Part shown: positions 1 through 12,738 of the stretch, piece after piece
How the letters are laid out: every line of letters begins with the position of its first letter
How positions within the stretch are numbered: the first letter of the stretch is position 1
Source of the DNA: Octopus sinensis
Taxonomy: Eukaryota
Assembly (NCBI RefSeq): GCF_006345805.1
Contig: NC_043020.1
Location: 9,238,001 to 9,302,000 of the forward strand
Reading direction: 5' to 3'
DNA: 64,000 nucleotides
Position numbers and translations under genes: made by a program
Notes under the pieces: generated by a model
The model's database searches: none
Seen by the model: the letters and a program-made list of their open reading frames with translations, nothing else
Told to the model about the DNA's origin: nothing

Positions 1-128
1 TAAAGACGTGTTTGCAAGCATCACCATGTTCATGGAAAGGGAGCAAGTCTGAACCTTACATGATATCCTTGTATTTTCAAAAGATAGTGGTGTTGTGGGT
101 CAGTGACATCTTCCTGATGTCAAATTGC

Positions 129-179
<51 letters not shown>

Positions 180-660
180 ACAGGCTCATGTGCCGGTGGC
201 ATGTGAAAAAACATTTGAGTGAGGTCGTTGCCAGTGCCGCTGGACTGGCTTCTGCGCAGGTGGCACATAAAAAGCACCATTTGAGCATGACCGTTGCCAG
301 TACCACCTGACTGGTCCTCGTGCCAGTGGCATGTAAAAGCACCCACTACACTCTCGGAGTGGTTGGCATTAGGAAGGGCATCCAGCTGTAGAAACTCTGC
401 CAGATCAGATCGGAGTTTGGTGCAGCCATCTGGTTTGCCAAAGCTCAGTCAAATCGTCCAACCCATGCCAGCATGGAAAGTGGACGTTAAACGATGATGA
501 TGATATACACATCATCATCATCATCATCATCATTTAGCATCCGTTTTGAAACACATGTATATATATATATATATATACGTAGTTTAAATTTACAGACAAC
601 AAAAGAGAAAAACAAATGTGGAGACAACAAGCAGGTGTATTAGTTTAACACTCAGGAAGA

Positions 661-692
<32 letters not shown>

Positions 693-862
693 TTGTGTGT
701 GATTTGTTTTACAATTGTTATCCTATGCCAGCATGGGTAAGATGAATACATACTGATTTCAAATTTTGGCACAAGGCCTGGGAACAATAGTAGTAAAGAG
801 GTGATTCCACATTCTTCAAGAGTCTGAAATTCTCAAATCAGAACTTCACTACCAGATGCAGT

Positions 863-1246
863 GTGGAGGCGCAATGGTCCAGTGGTTAGGGCAGCGGACT
901 TGCGGTCGTAGGATCGCGGTTTCGATTCCCAGACCGGGCGTTGTGAGTGTTTATTGAGCGAAAACACCTAAAGCTCCACAAGGCTCCAGCAGGGGATGGT
1001 GGTGATCCCTGATGTACTCTTTCACCACAACTTTCTCTCACTCTTACTTCCTGTTTCTGTTGTACCTGTATTTCAAAGGGCCGGCCTTGTCACTCTCTGT
1101 GTCACGCTGAATATCCCCGAGAACTACGTTAAGGGTACACGTGTCTGTGGAGTGCTCAGCCACTTACACGTTAATTTCACGAGCAGGCTGTTCCGTTGAT
1201 TCGGATCAACCGGAACCCTTGTCGTCGTAATCGACGGAGTGCTTCC
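863..1246 (+). mobile_element. tRNA-derived SINE, family B
   Basis: A box TGGTCCAGTGG and B box GTTTCGATTCC. About 12-16 bp TSD. Near-identical copies at 47723-48108 and 63121-63510. Confidence 0.85.
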
Positions 1247-1769
1247 CACCACCAGAGGCAGTTTAAAGTTCTACTCAGGAGAAACATATTCGTTTCCATG
1301 GTGACCAACATGACCCAAAAAAAAAATCCTTTTCTCAAGATATATCAGAGTGTGATTTGAATAAAGGATGTCTAGCTGCTGTTTTAGGCATATCTAATGG
1401 CCACATAGGGGTTTGTTTATTGGCATGTGGAGACGACGGGGTTCTTTTTTTACCTTGAAAGGAATCATGTTTAGATTAGGTGTGTTGAAGAAAGTATGCA
1501 GGTGTGAGTGTCACACTTAGGTGTTATGGATACTTGATGATCGAATGAAATGCTTGAATGAACATATTCTGTGTCACATTGGTACCACACCCTTGATCAC
1601 AACAACCATCCATTAGCTGCCTATACCTTTGGCTGGTGGTGGTGGTGGAGGTGTTTGGGTCATTTGTGTTCCATTCCAGTGACCACAAGTGAAGAGGTTA
1701 AAATCACTCCACTTCAGTCACTGAGTAAGTACATCACGCATTTCTTCTTCATACACAATGAAGTTTCAC

Positions 1770-1864
1770 CAGACACACACACACATACACACACACAAAC
1801 ACACACACACAAACATACACACACACACACAAACATACACACACAGACACACACACATATACAA

Positions 1865-1897
<33 letters not shown>

Positions 1898-1969
1898 CAT
1901 ACACAAACACACATACACACACTTTCAAACACACACGCACAAACACACATACACACACACACAGACACA

Positions 1970-2003
<34 letters not shown>

Positions 2004-2170
2004 GACACACATACTCACACACAAACACACATACACACACACACACATACGCACAAACACACACACACAGACACACATACTCACACACAAACACACACAC
2101 ACACAAACACACATACGCACAAACACACACACACACACACACACAAACACACACGCGCACACACACACAA
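1770..2170. repeat. Degenerate (CA)n microsatellite
   Basis: Direct inspection. Confidence 0.95.
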
Positions 2171-2767
2171 ATGTATAACACAGTAAATTATCTAACCGAT
2201 GGGTGGACTGAAAGCTACTCTTAGCGCTAGGGACCTCTTGATTAAATGAAGTTTACATAGTCGTTAGGAAATTGTGTGTTAACTCACAGATTTGATTGAA
2301 ACGCTTTATATAAGATTAACTTGTGGCGCATCCCTCACATGGATAATATACTGCTTCCAAGGTTCCACCAGCCATGAAACATATGTAGCCTGAATTTTAT
2401 ATATATATATATATTAATAAATATAAGGGTAGCAAAAAATTCTAGAAAAAATTCTCCACTACCAGCGGTCTAGTGAGAAAGAAAAAGTAGTCAAAGACTA
2501 TATAATATACATTCAACAATATAAGGAATGGCCATATAGGACATTCGACTCACTAGAAAGAGCAGCCAAAACTCATACCGCTAAATAGTTGTTATTCTGA
2601 AATAGAAAGAGAAATAAAAATGTTTTATTTCTCTTTCTATTTCAGAATTACAACTATTTAGCGGTATGAGTTTTGGCTGCTCTTTCTAGTGAGTCGAATG
2701 TCCTATATGGCCATTCCTTATATTGTTGAAAGTATATATATATAATATATATAATATATAATATAGT

Positions 2768-2828
<61 letters not shown>

Positions 2829-2840
2829 CACACATGTACT

Positions 2841-3079
2841 CAGTAATTCCTTGCCTATCGGTGTGTTGCATTCCAAACTGCCCCATGATAGGTGAAAATC
2901 CACGAAGTAGAAACAGTACTGAACTGTATATTTTTATTGTTATTATTTTTATATATTTGTATATATTTATTTTATTATAAATGCAAAACAACACCATGGA
3001 GGAATCGACATAAGCTTAAATAATAAACCACAATAGGTGAACCGCGATAGGTGAACCATGATAAGGTGAGGGATTACTG
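2841..3079. mobile_element. pogo/Tigger-like MITE
   Basis: Imperfect TIRs CAGTAATTCCTTGCCTATC / GATAAGGTGAGGGATTACTG followed by TA. Confidence 0.6.
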
Positions 3080-3284
3080 TAAATATATACGAATGTATAT
3101 TTTTTTCTGGCCTTCTTGAGTCTCAACACTACATTTATAAATCACATTTTCCTGGCGACAATTTCTGCTAATCAGACATACTGATGGGTCCCTACAATTA
3201 CACTTCTTCGGCCTGTTATGGGATCTAGTATTACTGATCCCTCCGAACCCTTGCCCCCTTCCAATACTATATATATATATGTAT

Positions 3285-3325
<41 letters not shown>

Positions 3326-4028
3326 CATATAATATGACTGTGTGTTATATATAATATGTATATTTGCATGTGTGTGAGTGTGTATATTCCATCCATCCAG
3401 CTTCTCTGTTCTCAATTCCAGGGAGGATCATTATATACCTCCTAACATATATATATATATATATATACATGCGCACACACACACACACTTTTATATATAT
3501 ACATATGTACACACATGTACACTCACACACACATGCTTATGTAATACACGTATACACACACACACATATACACATACATTTATCCATATATATATGTGTG
3601 TGCATATTTATGTGTATATACATATATTACACACACACACGTTCATATAATCTTTTTTTTTTATAGATATATTTGTTTTGTTTTTGTATGAAGATTTTCA
3701 ATCTGAAAACATTTTTCTTTTCATCCGATTTTGTTTTTCTTTCCCAACTTTTATTTCTGATAATTTTCTTCACTTTCGGATAATTTTTTTTTTTGTTTTT
3801 TGCAGTCTGTATTGCTTGGGTCATTTTCTGTTCGGATATCAGTTAAAGAATTTCTCTGGTTATCCACAGTCAGTCTTTCCTTTGTCGTTCCTCTCTGTCA
3901 GTGTCCTTACCCAATAGCTTACACTGTCTCTGATCCTTTCTCATTTTACATCAGTTTTCGGGGCTAATTCAGTTTCGCATCTCTCCTTGAATAATGCATT
4001 TGTTTCGAAAAAATTTCTTCAGATTCCT

Positions 4029-4427
4029 ACTCTTTACTCTTTTTTACTCTTTTACTTGTTTCAGTCATTTGACTGCGGCCGTGCTGGAGCACCGCCTTTA
4101 GTCGATCAAATCGACCCCGGGACTTATTCTTTGTAAGCCTAGTGCTTATTCTATTGGTCTCTTTTGCCGAACCGCTAAGTGACGGGGACGTAAACACACT
4201 AGCATCGGTTGTCAAGCAATGCTAGGGGGACAAACACACACACACATATATATATACATATATACGACAGGCTTCTTTTAGTTTCCGTCTACCAAATCCA
4301 CTCACAAAGCATTGGTCGGCCCGGGGCTATAGCAGAAGACACTTGCCCAAGATGCCACGCAGTGGGACTGAACCTGGAACCATGTGGTTGATTAGCAAGC
4401 TACTTACCACACAGCCACTCCTGCGCC
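4029..4427 (-). mobile_element. tRNA-derived SINE, family A
   Basis: Head GGCGCAGGAGTGGCTGTGTGG...GGTTCAGTCCC, internal (TA/TG)n, (AAAGAGT)n tail, long TSD. Confidence 0.88.
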
Positions 4428-5004
4428 TAATGCATTTGTTTTGAAAAAAAATTTCTTCAGATTCCTGCGTTTACGATGTCGGAGATTACGGATATGCAAA
4501 AAAAAAATTTTTTATCCTCCCCCCCCCTACCTCTGCTTGAAGTCTATTTAACTACCAATGTATATTTTTCTCTGGCCTTCTTGAGTCTCAACACTACATT
4601 TATAAATCACATTTTCCTGGCGACAATTTCCGCTAATCAGACATACTGATGGGTCCCTACAATTACACTTCTTCAACCTGTTACGGGATCTAGTATTACT
4701 GATCCCTCCGAACCCTTGCCCCCTTCCAATACTATGATCCACCAATATTATTTACACATCATTGTGCTGTTTTCAGCAGGTATATTTATTCTATTGTTAT
4801 TCTTACTATTACCATCATTATTATTATGACTAATATTTTTTATTACCATTATCACCTACTATATCCCTATTATTACCACCAATCATATTCATATAATCAT
4901 CACTAATACATTATTATGCTGTTTATATATTTATATATTACTAACTATAATATTTTTAATGTCAACTTTTATATCTGTTCCGTAGATATAAATAATATTG
5001 ATAT

Positions 5005-7390
5005 ATAATAATAATAATAATAATAATTGTGTACAGTGCTCAGGTGCACTACAACTCATCTAAAGTGTATATATAATCAGGTGTAGTTTCCGGCGGATTT
5101 CGGAAGCATGAGGGCCTTAAAAGATGCAGTGTCATGGCAGTCAACAACTGACGCAGGCATTTATTCCATGCTTCAGCAACTCTGAGCGTGAAAAATGTTT
5201 CCGAAAGTCATGGGAGCTGTATTGTTTTCTCTGACTTTGTAGGCATGTCCACGTGTGTTAGACACATGGAGATCAAAAAGGTGTTCAGTGTTGTTGTTGG
5301 TGAGGTGGTTGATAACTTTGTGGGTGTTTACCAAGTCCGTCGCCGAACGCCGGAGCTTCAGTGAATCCATGCCCAGGGAAACAAGGCGCTCAGAATATGG
5401 TAGGTGTCTGATGGAGGGTATGCGTTTGGTTGCATGTCTCTGGACAGATTCCAGGAGGTCAATGTTCTGTGCAAGATAGGGGTTCCAAACTGATGATGCG
5501 AATTCCAAGTGTGGTCGTACCATAGCTGTATACAGTTTTAAATAGATGGCTGGAGAGCGGCTAACAAAAGACCTTGCTGAGTGATGCCAAGACACCCTCG
5601 GCCTTCCTGACAATCTTAGAGATATGCTTTGTCCAACGCAATCACTGCTGACAGTGATGCCTAGGTCACGCTCGCAAGAGGATTTCTTGATATCAGTGTT
5701 GTGGAGGGAGTATGTGAACGCAGGGTTTTTTCTCCCAAAATGCATGGTGGTACACTTGTCCACAGCCAGTTTCAGTTGCCAGTCTGTGATCCATTGCTGC
5801 ATTGTGTCTAGGTCTGATTGCAGGAAAGAGTTGTAGACATCAGGATCTGTCCTCTTGATTTCAAGGTACAGCTTGATGTCGTCTGCATATTTCAATACTG
5901 TGGCATTCTTTAAATTGGCATCTATGTCGTTAATGTATGCCACAAACAAGAGGGGACCAAGGACAGATCCCTGTGGTACACCCGATGACATCTCATATGG
6001 TGTAGAGTGCTGTCCTAGAACTGTGACTACCTCCTTTCGGCTGAGGATGAAGGATTTCAACCAGTTAAAAAGGTCATCCCCCACACCCATTGCAGAGAGT
6101 TTCACCATAAGCCTTTTTGTGTGGCACAGAGTTGAAAGCCTTAGCAAAGTCAAGGTAGACAACATCCACCCATGAGCCACTGTCAGTAATCTGAGTAATG
6201 TCCTCAGGAACTCGACAAGCTGGTCACTGCAGCTGGAGTTAGGGACAAATCCATATTGTGAGGGTCGGATGAGACTGTGAGAGCTCCAGAAGTTCCAGAG
6301 TGTTTCTCTGACACACGATTCCATCAGTTTTGCAATACAGCTAGTGAGACTGACTGGGCGATAGTTGACAGGTGATGTGCGGTCGCCCTTTTTGAACAGA
6401 GGAATGACACTGGCAGTTTTCCACTGCTCCGGAGTAGCACCATTGTTGAGACAGTACTGGAAGAAAATAGAAAGCTGGTGTAAAAGGAAGTGCCTGCCAC
6501 GTTTGAGAAGCAGGTATGTAACTCCATCGAGACCAGGGGAGGCATAGTTGCGCTTATTTTGAAGGTGACGTCGCAGCATTGCAGGTGTAAATTCCATAGT
6601 TGTTATGGAGTTTGCTGTTAGTGATGGTGAAGATGGTACATTTTGACTTTCAACAGTGAATATGTTTGCATAGCACTCGGCAATGAGTTCTGCGCATTCC
6701 TTGGGGTCGTCAGTGATCTGTTTGTGTGAGGGTTGCGAAGAGGGCCCACTGGAGAGTGAGGTCTCTGCTTTGAGTGCACATATTTCCAGAAAACCTTGCT
6801 GTCAGGATTGGCTGCTATGCACTGTTCAAATTCAAGCACTGCTTTTTTTGTCACTTGCTTGAGATGGTTGGAGGATTTATTCCGCTTCTTCCTGTTGGTG
6901 TCTGATTTATGCAACCTGTATTCCCGTTCAGCAGTCCGACGTTCCCTCCTGGCAAGTCGGACCGCTGAAGTTTCCCAAATTGCCCTTTTGGGGCGGTTCT
7001 TCTTTTTTTGTTTACGTGGCACTGATGCTGCACATGCTGCCCATATTGAGTCCAGGATACTCTGGAGTATAGTATTCACATCTCCAGAGTTGTAGAATTC
7101 ACGCCAGTTTGGGTGCTGTAGTTCAGTGTGGTACAGGTTCCAATCTGCTCTCTTCCAATCGAAGGAAGCAGATTGGAGATGGTTCAGGTTTTTGTTGCCC
7201 GCAAGAGCCAGATTGGCGATGATCATAGCATGATCAGAGTCACCTAGAGGTTCCTCCGTAGTGCAATTGATAACCGCTTCAGGAGTTGTGGTGAAGAGCA
7301 GGTCCAAGGTGTTGTCGCCTCTTGTTGGAGAGGTGACTACTTGTGACCAGTTTGAGTCCAGCACAAGCTCAACAAAATCGTTTGCACTCT
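5005..7390 (-). mobile_element. 5'-truncated CR1-clade non-LTR retrotransposon (end of APE endonuclease, RT, 3' UTR, (ATT)n tail)
   Basis: Motifs PTRGDNTLDLLFT, LGDSDH, YRPVSLTS, GVPQGSVLGPLLF and YADD, plus a CR1-type C-terminus RGHAYK...WNKLP. True stop at 5077-5079. Several 1-2 nt frameshifts. Confidence 0.9.
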
Positions 7391-7627
7391 GTATATGTAT
7401 ATGTTTGATCTTTCTGTGGATTTTGTAATGTTCCTTTAGTTGCTGCTCACATTGCCTCCCCTTGGATTAATAAGTGTACATATATATATATATATATTTA
7501 TATTGTATAGAGGGCATTATTATACATAAATGCCTCATACTAAGAGGGACATAAGTCATTACTACCAAAATTTCACTAATCGTACCTAATGCAGTTTTCC
7601 AAAGCAAGACATTTAAAAAATGAATTT

Positions 7628-7691
7628 AGTTCTATATCACCTGTGATTTCATACTTAACGCTAAAATACGTCTATGTTCATCAGTAGAACT
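7628..7691 (-). ncRNA. Type I hammerhead ribozyme-like motif with intact core
   Basis: Minus strand reads AGTTCTA-CTGATGA-(27-nt imperfect stem II)-GAAA-TCAC-ag-GTGA-T-A-TAGAACT. 7-bp stem I, hairpin stem III, AUA triplet. Confidence 0.6.
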
Positions 7692-8230
7692 GATTCTGAA
7701 CACATCATAAATAACGACCACATTACCTACCTGGCGAAGTCGAACAGACATCTACTCTCTCCGGCGAAGCACATGGAGATGTTTATAATCATATATTCGG
7801 TAAATGGCGGGCTTTCTCGAACTGCATGTCGGGTAGGAAAAGTTTTTCTTCAGAATAAATTTAACAATTAAGGATAACTTCTTAATAAGGAATCTTAATG
7901 TTAAGATTCCTTATTAAGAAGTTATCCTTAATTGTTAAATTATATATATATATATATATAATGGGGATTTGATACTTGAAGTAGCACAGAATCTGAACCA
8001 AACTGTTTTGAATAAAACATGCAACTCCAAATAAATGTGTTGATTGCCCTTTCTTTCATTTGTCCACTCACTTGAATTTTTACCAGGTTGTCCACACTGA
8101 AGATTGAAGCCTGGTGCAGCCATCTGGTTCGCCATCCCTCAGTCATACGTCCAACCCATGCTAGCATGGAAAGCGGATGTTAAACAATGATGATGATGAT
8201 AGGTATATCATATTTTCCATCTGTTGTCTT

Positions 8231-8271
<41 letters not shown>

Positions 8272-8564
8272 CAATTATATTTCTCTTAAATATGAATTTT
8301 ACCAAAAAGGTTATTTTTTTTGTCTGCTGGCCACTGATAAAACCCATTAATTTTAATGGTTTCATCCTTTAATTATATTTAGATGTATCCTATTCACTGA
8401 GAGTCAGTTTAGTTACTCCTGTACTATTCTGACCAAATACACAGATGTTGAGGTGGACTTCAAAATTAGATGCATATATGTTTGCGAATATTTGTATGCA
8501 CTTGCATTTTGCATGTGCATTAATGCGGGTATGTATAAAAATTTTCATTTATTTCACTCAGTAT

Positions 8565-8621
8565 GTTTTGCTGATGAAGGAAAATTTGTTAAATTAATCC
8601 CAAAACTGATCAATCCAAAAC
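8565..8621 (+). ncRNA. Decayed type I hammerhead-like motif
   Basis: GTTTTG-CTGATGA-A-stem II-(A)AAAC-TGATCA-(A)TC-CAAAAC. G12 and G16.2 are replaced by A. Confidence 0.45.
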
Positions 8622-8889
8622 TATTTAAACTATTTTATGAATTTTTGGTCATTCCACTTTTCCTGGTTTCAACCTGAGTATATTATAAGGTGGTCCTTCA
8701 GAGTGGCTGGACGTATTTAGCATTTGTTTTCAGCATAGAGGCATCGTAGCTTCTGTGCTCTTAATTATAATTCTGTTCTGTACAATTATATAATCTCTTA
8801 AATATGAATTTTACCAAAGAGTTATTTTTTATCTGCTGGCTACTGATAAAGTTCATTAATTTTAGTGGTTTCATCCTTTGATTATGTAT

Positions 8890-9074
8890 CTCTTTTACTC
8901 CTTTACTTGTTTCAGTCATTTGACTGTGGCCATGCTGGAGCACCGCCTTTAGTCAAGCAAATTGACCCCAAGACTTATTCTTTTTGCCGAACCACTAAGT
9001 GACGGGGACGTAAACACACCAGCATCGGTTGTCAAGCGATGTTGGGGGACAAACACAGACACACACATACATAC

Positions 9075-9122
<48 letters not shown>

Positions 9123-9298
9123 TATATATATATACGACATGTTTCTTTCAGTTTCCATCTACCAAATCCACTCAAAAGGCTTTGGTCGGCCCAAGGCTAC
9201 AGTAGAAGACACTTACCTAAGGTGCCATGCAGTGGGACTCTGAACCTGGAACCATGTGGTTGGGAAGCAGCTTCTTACCACACAGCAACTCCTGTGCC
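8890..9298 (-). mobile_element. SINE family A
   Basis: Homologous to 4029-4427. Confidence 0.8.
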
Positions 9299-9563
9299 CA
9301 TTTATACATACATATATTTGTGTATATATATAAATCATTATCATCATTATTTAATGTCCGTATCCATGCTGGTATGGGTTGGATGGTTTGACCAGAGCCT
9401 GCAAGCTGGGGAGCTGCACCAGACCCCAGTCTGATTTGGCATGGTTTCTTCGGCCAGATGCCCTTCCTAACATGCCAACCACTTTATAGACTGTGCTGGA
9501 TGCCTTTATGTGGTACTGTAAGGGTGCTTTTGTGTGCCACTACCTCCAGTGCTTTATAATACA

Positions 9564-9977
9564 TATTTCTTTATTGCCCTCAAGGGGCTAAACATAGAAG
9601 GGACAAACAAGGACAGACATAGGTATTAAGTCGATTACATCGACCCCAGTGTGTAACTGGTACTTAATTTATCGACCCTGAAAGGATGAAAGGCAAAGTC
9701 GACCTCGGCGGAATTTGAACTCACAACGTAACGGCAGACGGAATACCTATTTCTTTATTACCCACAAGGGGCTAAACACAGAGGGGACAAACAAGGACAG
9801 ACAAATGAATTAAGTCGATTATATCGACCCCAGTGCGTAACTGGTACTTAATTTATCGACCCCGAAAGGATGAAAGGTAAAGTCGACCTCGGCGGAATTT
9901 GAACTCATGATGTAACGGCAGACGGAATATACCGCTAAGCATTTCGCCCAGCGTGCTAATGTTTCTACCAGCTCTCC
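9564..9977 (-). mobile_element. SINE-like family C with duplicated body
   Basis: 13-bp TSD GCTTTATAATACA at 9551-9563 and 9978-9990. Confidence 0.82.
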
Positions 9978-10458
9978 GCTTTATAATACAACCAGAAGGA
10001 TCGGTCTTAACCCTTCTTCTGTTGGGTCAGGGTTTTCTTGACCCAGGCCAGGCTTCAGTATCTCGGTCCTTCGTCATCTCACCTGAAAGGTTCAACTTCC
10101 TGAGGTCATTATATATCATTTATATGCATATACACATATACGCACATTCAAATAGCCACATTATACATTCCTCCCATGACCCGTGAGAAAATAAACGACA
10201 ACACTAAAACATTTTTCTTCATTTTTCCCCATTTCCTTCTGTTTTATGTTTGTTTTTAATTTTTATATTCTTCTTGCTCCTCTTACTGTTCTTATTCCTG
10301 TCATCTCTGCCCCCCTCTCTCTCTCTCTTCCTTCTCTAATACAGATCTACATTTCTGTCTCTACTCATCCTACCACTCCCAATACTCCCTGTCACTCATT
10401 TTCTTTCTCTGTCTGTCTCTCTCTCTGTCTCTCTCTCTGTCTCCCTGTCTGTCTCTCC

Positions 10459-10490
<32 letters not shown>

Positions 10491-10932
10491 GTCTCTCTCT
10501 CTCTATGTGTGTGTGTCTCTCTCTCTTTCTCTCTGTCTCTCTCTCTCTCTCTTTCTTCCTCTCTCTCTTCAAACTTTCAGTACACAATCTACCTGCATCC
10601 TTCCCTCTCTCTCGCATCCTCTCTTTTCTTCACTCTTTCACTCATTTCTTCCTCTTCTCATTCACTTCTCTCTTTCTTCTCTGGTATTCTTCCACTCTTT
10701 GTCCTTCACCTCTCTGTTTATCTTTCTATCTATCAACTGTTTTATCTATCTATTCTTTTACTCTCACTCTCTATCTAGCTATCCATCTTTTTATCTAAGT
10801 ATATTTCTATTTTTATCTATCTACCTATCTATCTGTCTGTCTGTCTATGTAACCATCTATCTGTCTATGTATGTATGTATCTATTTATCTATCTATCTAT
10901 GTATGTAGCTATCTATCTATCTATGTATGTAG

Positions 10933-10970
<38 letters not shown>

Positions 10971-11549
10971 GTCTGTCTGTCTGTCTGTCTATACACCACA
11001 CAACCCACAGATCCCTATTGATCAAACGTGTTTTTTTTTTGTGCCCCACCCATCCCACCTCGAAAAGAAAAAATTCTACATTGTATTTCGTCCATTTTTA
11101 TTCTGTGTTTAGCCCTGTGTGGCTACAATAAAAAGTTATCTCTATCTATCTGTCTGTCTGTCTGTCTGTCTGTGTATGTATGTATGTATGTATGTATGTA
11201 TCTATCTATCTATCTGTCTATCTATCTTTTTTCTCTCTTTCGCTTTCTCTCTCTCTCTCTCTCTATCTGTCTATCTTTTTCTCTCTCTCTATTTATTTAT
11301 CTATCTATCTTTTTTATCTCTCTCTCTCCCCCACCTATCTACCCCAACCTCTTCCTCACCTTCACTTTCTCTTTCTCTAACTCCTCCTTTCCTCCCACAC
11401 CCACTTTCCCCCTCTTATTGTCTCCCTCACACTCTCACTCATTGTCCCTTTAGTTCATTCACCTTGCTCCCCCACCCCCATCACTCTCTTATGTACATAA
11501 ATTATCCCTGTCTGAGCAACTTTACACACTTTCAAACTTTCTCACACAC

Positions 11550-12350
11550 ACACGGACACATACACACATACAATCACAAACACACACACACACACATACA
11601 ATCACAAACGCACACATACAATCACAAGCACACACACATACTATCACAAACACACGGACACATGTACACATACAATCACTAACACACACACACATACAAT
11701 CACAAACGCACACATACAATCACAAGCACACACACATACTATCACAAACACACGGACACATATACACATACAATCACTAACACACACACACATACAATCA
11801 CAAACGCACGCATACAATCACAAGCACACACACATACAATCACTAACACACACACACATACAATCACAAACGCACACATACAATCACAAGCACACACACA
11901 TACAATCACAAACACACACACACATACAATCACAAACGCACACATACAATCACAAACGCACACATACAATCACAAGCACACACACATACAATCACAAACA
12001 CACACACACATACAATCACAAACGCACACATACAATCACAAACACACACATACAATCACAAACGCACACACACATACAATCACAAACACACGGACACATA
12101 TACACATACAATCACTAACACACACACACATACAATCACAAACGCACACATACAATCACAAACACACACATACAATCACAAACGCACACACACATACTAT
12201 CACAAACACACGGACACATATACACATACAATCACTAACACACACACACACATACAATCACAAACGCACACATACAATCACAAACGCACACATACAATCA
12301 CAAACACACACATACAATCACAAACGCACACACACATACAATCACAAACA
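11550..12350. repeat. Minisatellite with a unit of about 20-24 bp (CACATACAATCACAAACG/A)
   Basis: Tens of degenerate copies with higher-order blocks. Confidence 0.9.
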
Positions 12351-12704
12351 CGCGTGTACACATGCACGTACACACACATACACACACTCTCTGTCTCTCA
12401 CTCACACACAATCTTCTCCCCCCTCTCTCACACACACCTTCAGACATTCCATCATTTATAATCTAAATTATTGAAGAAAACCTCACAGATTCTCTCTCTC
12501 TCTCTCTCTCTCTCTACCACACTGAATTCTGGGATTGTTCAGATTAAAGATTGAGGATCAAGCACTCCTACCACGCTACTGCACATGTCAACCTCGGATT
12601 ATTACTACTAAGGGTTCTCTCTTCTAGTTTGACCATACCTCATATCTCAACTCTTTATAGTGAGGGCTTTGAAATTCGTAGCCATTTTGTTGAAAACCTG
12701 GGTT

Positions 12705-12738
<34 letters not shown>

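Noticed and set aside
863-935. tRNA-like heads of SINE families A and B as tRNA genes
   Set aside because: They have A and B boxes but no complete cloverleaf or terminator, and they continue into SINE bodies with TSDs.
996-1199. Recurrent 67-aa ORF MVVIP(D/A)VLFHH (also 47771 and 63173)
   Set aside because: It lies inside SINE family B; the recurrence reflects copy identity, not coding selection.
1571-2224. Long His/Thr, Cys/Val, Tyr/Ile, Ser, Val and Gly-rich ORFs across the window (also about 10246, 13733, 18404, 19105, 21048, 25486, 34119, 35147, 42747, 54637)
   Set aside because: They are translations of stop-free microsatellites with no splice or protein-family support.
3094-4729. LTR retrotransposon or TRIM interpretation of the 179-bp direct repeats
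   Set aside because: No matching TSD, PBS or PPT was seen.
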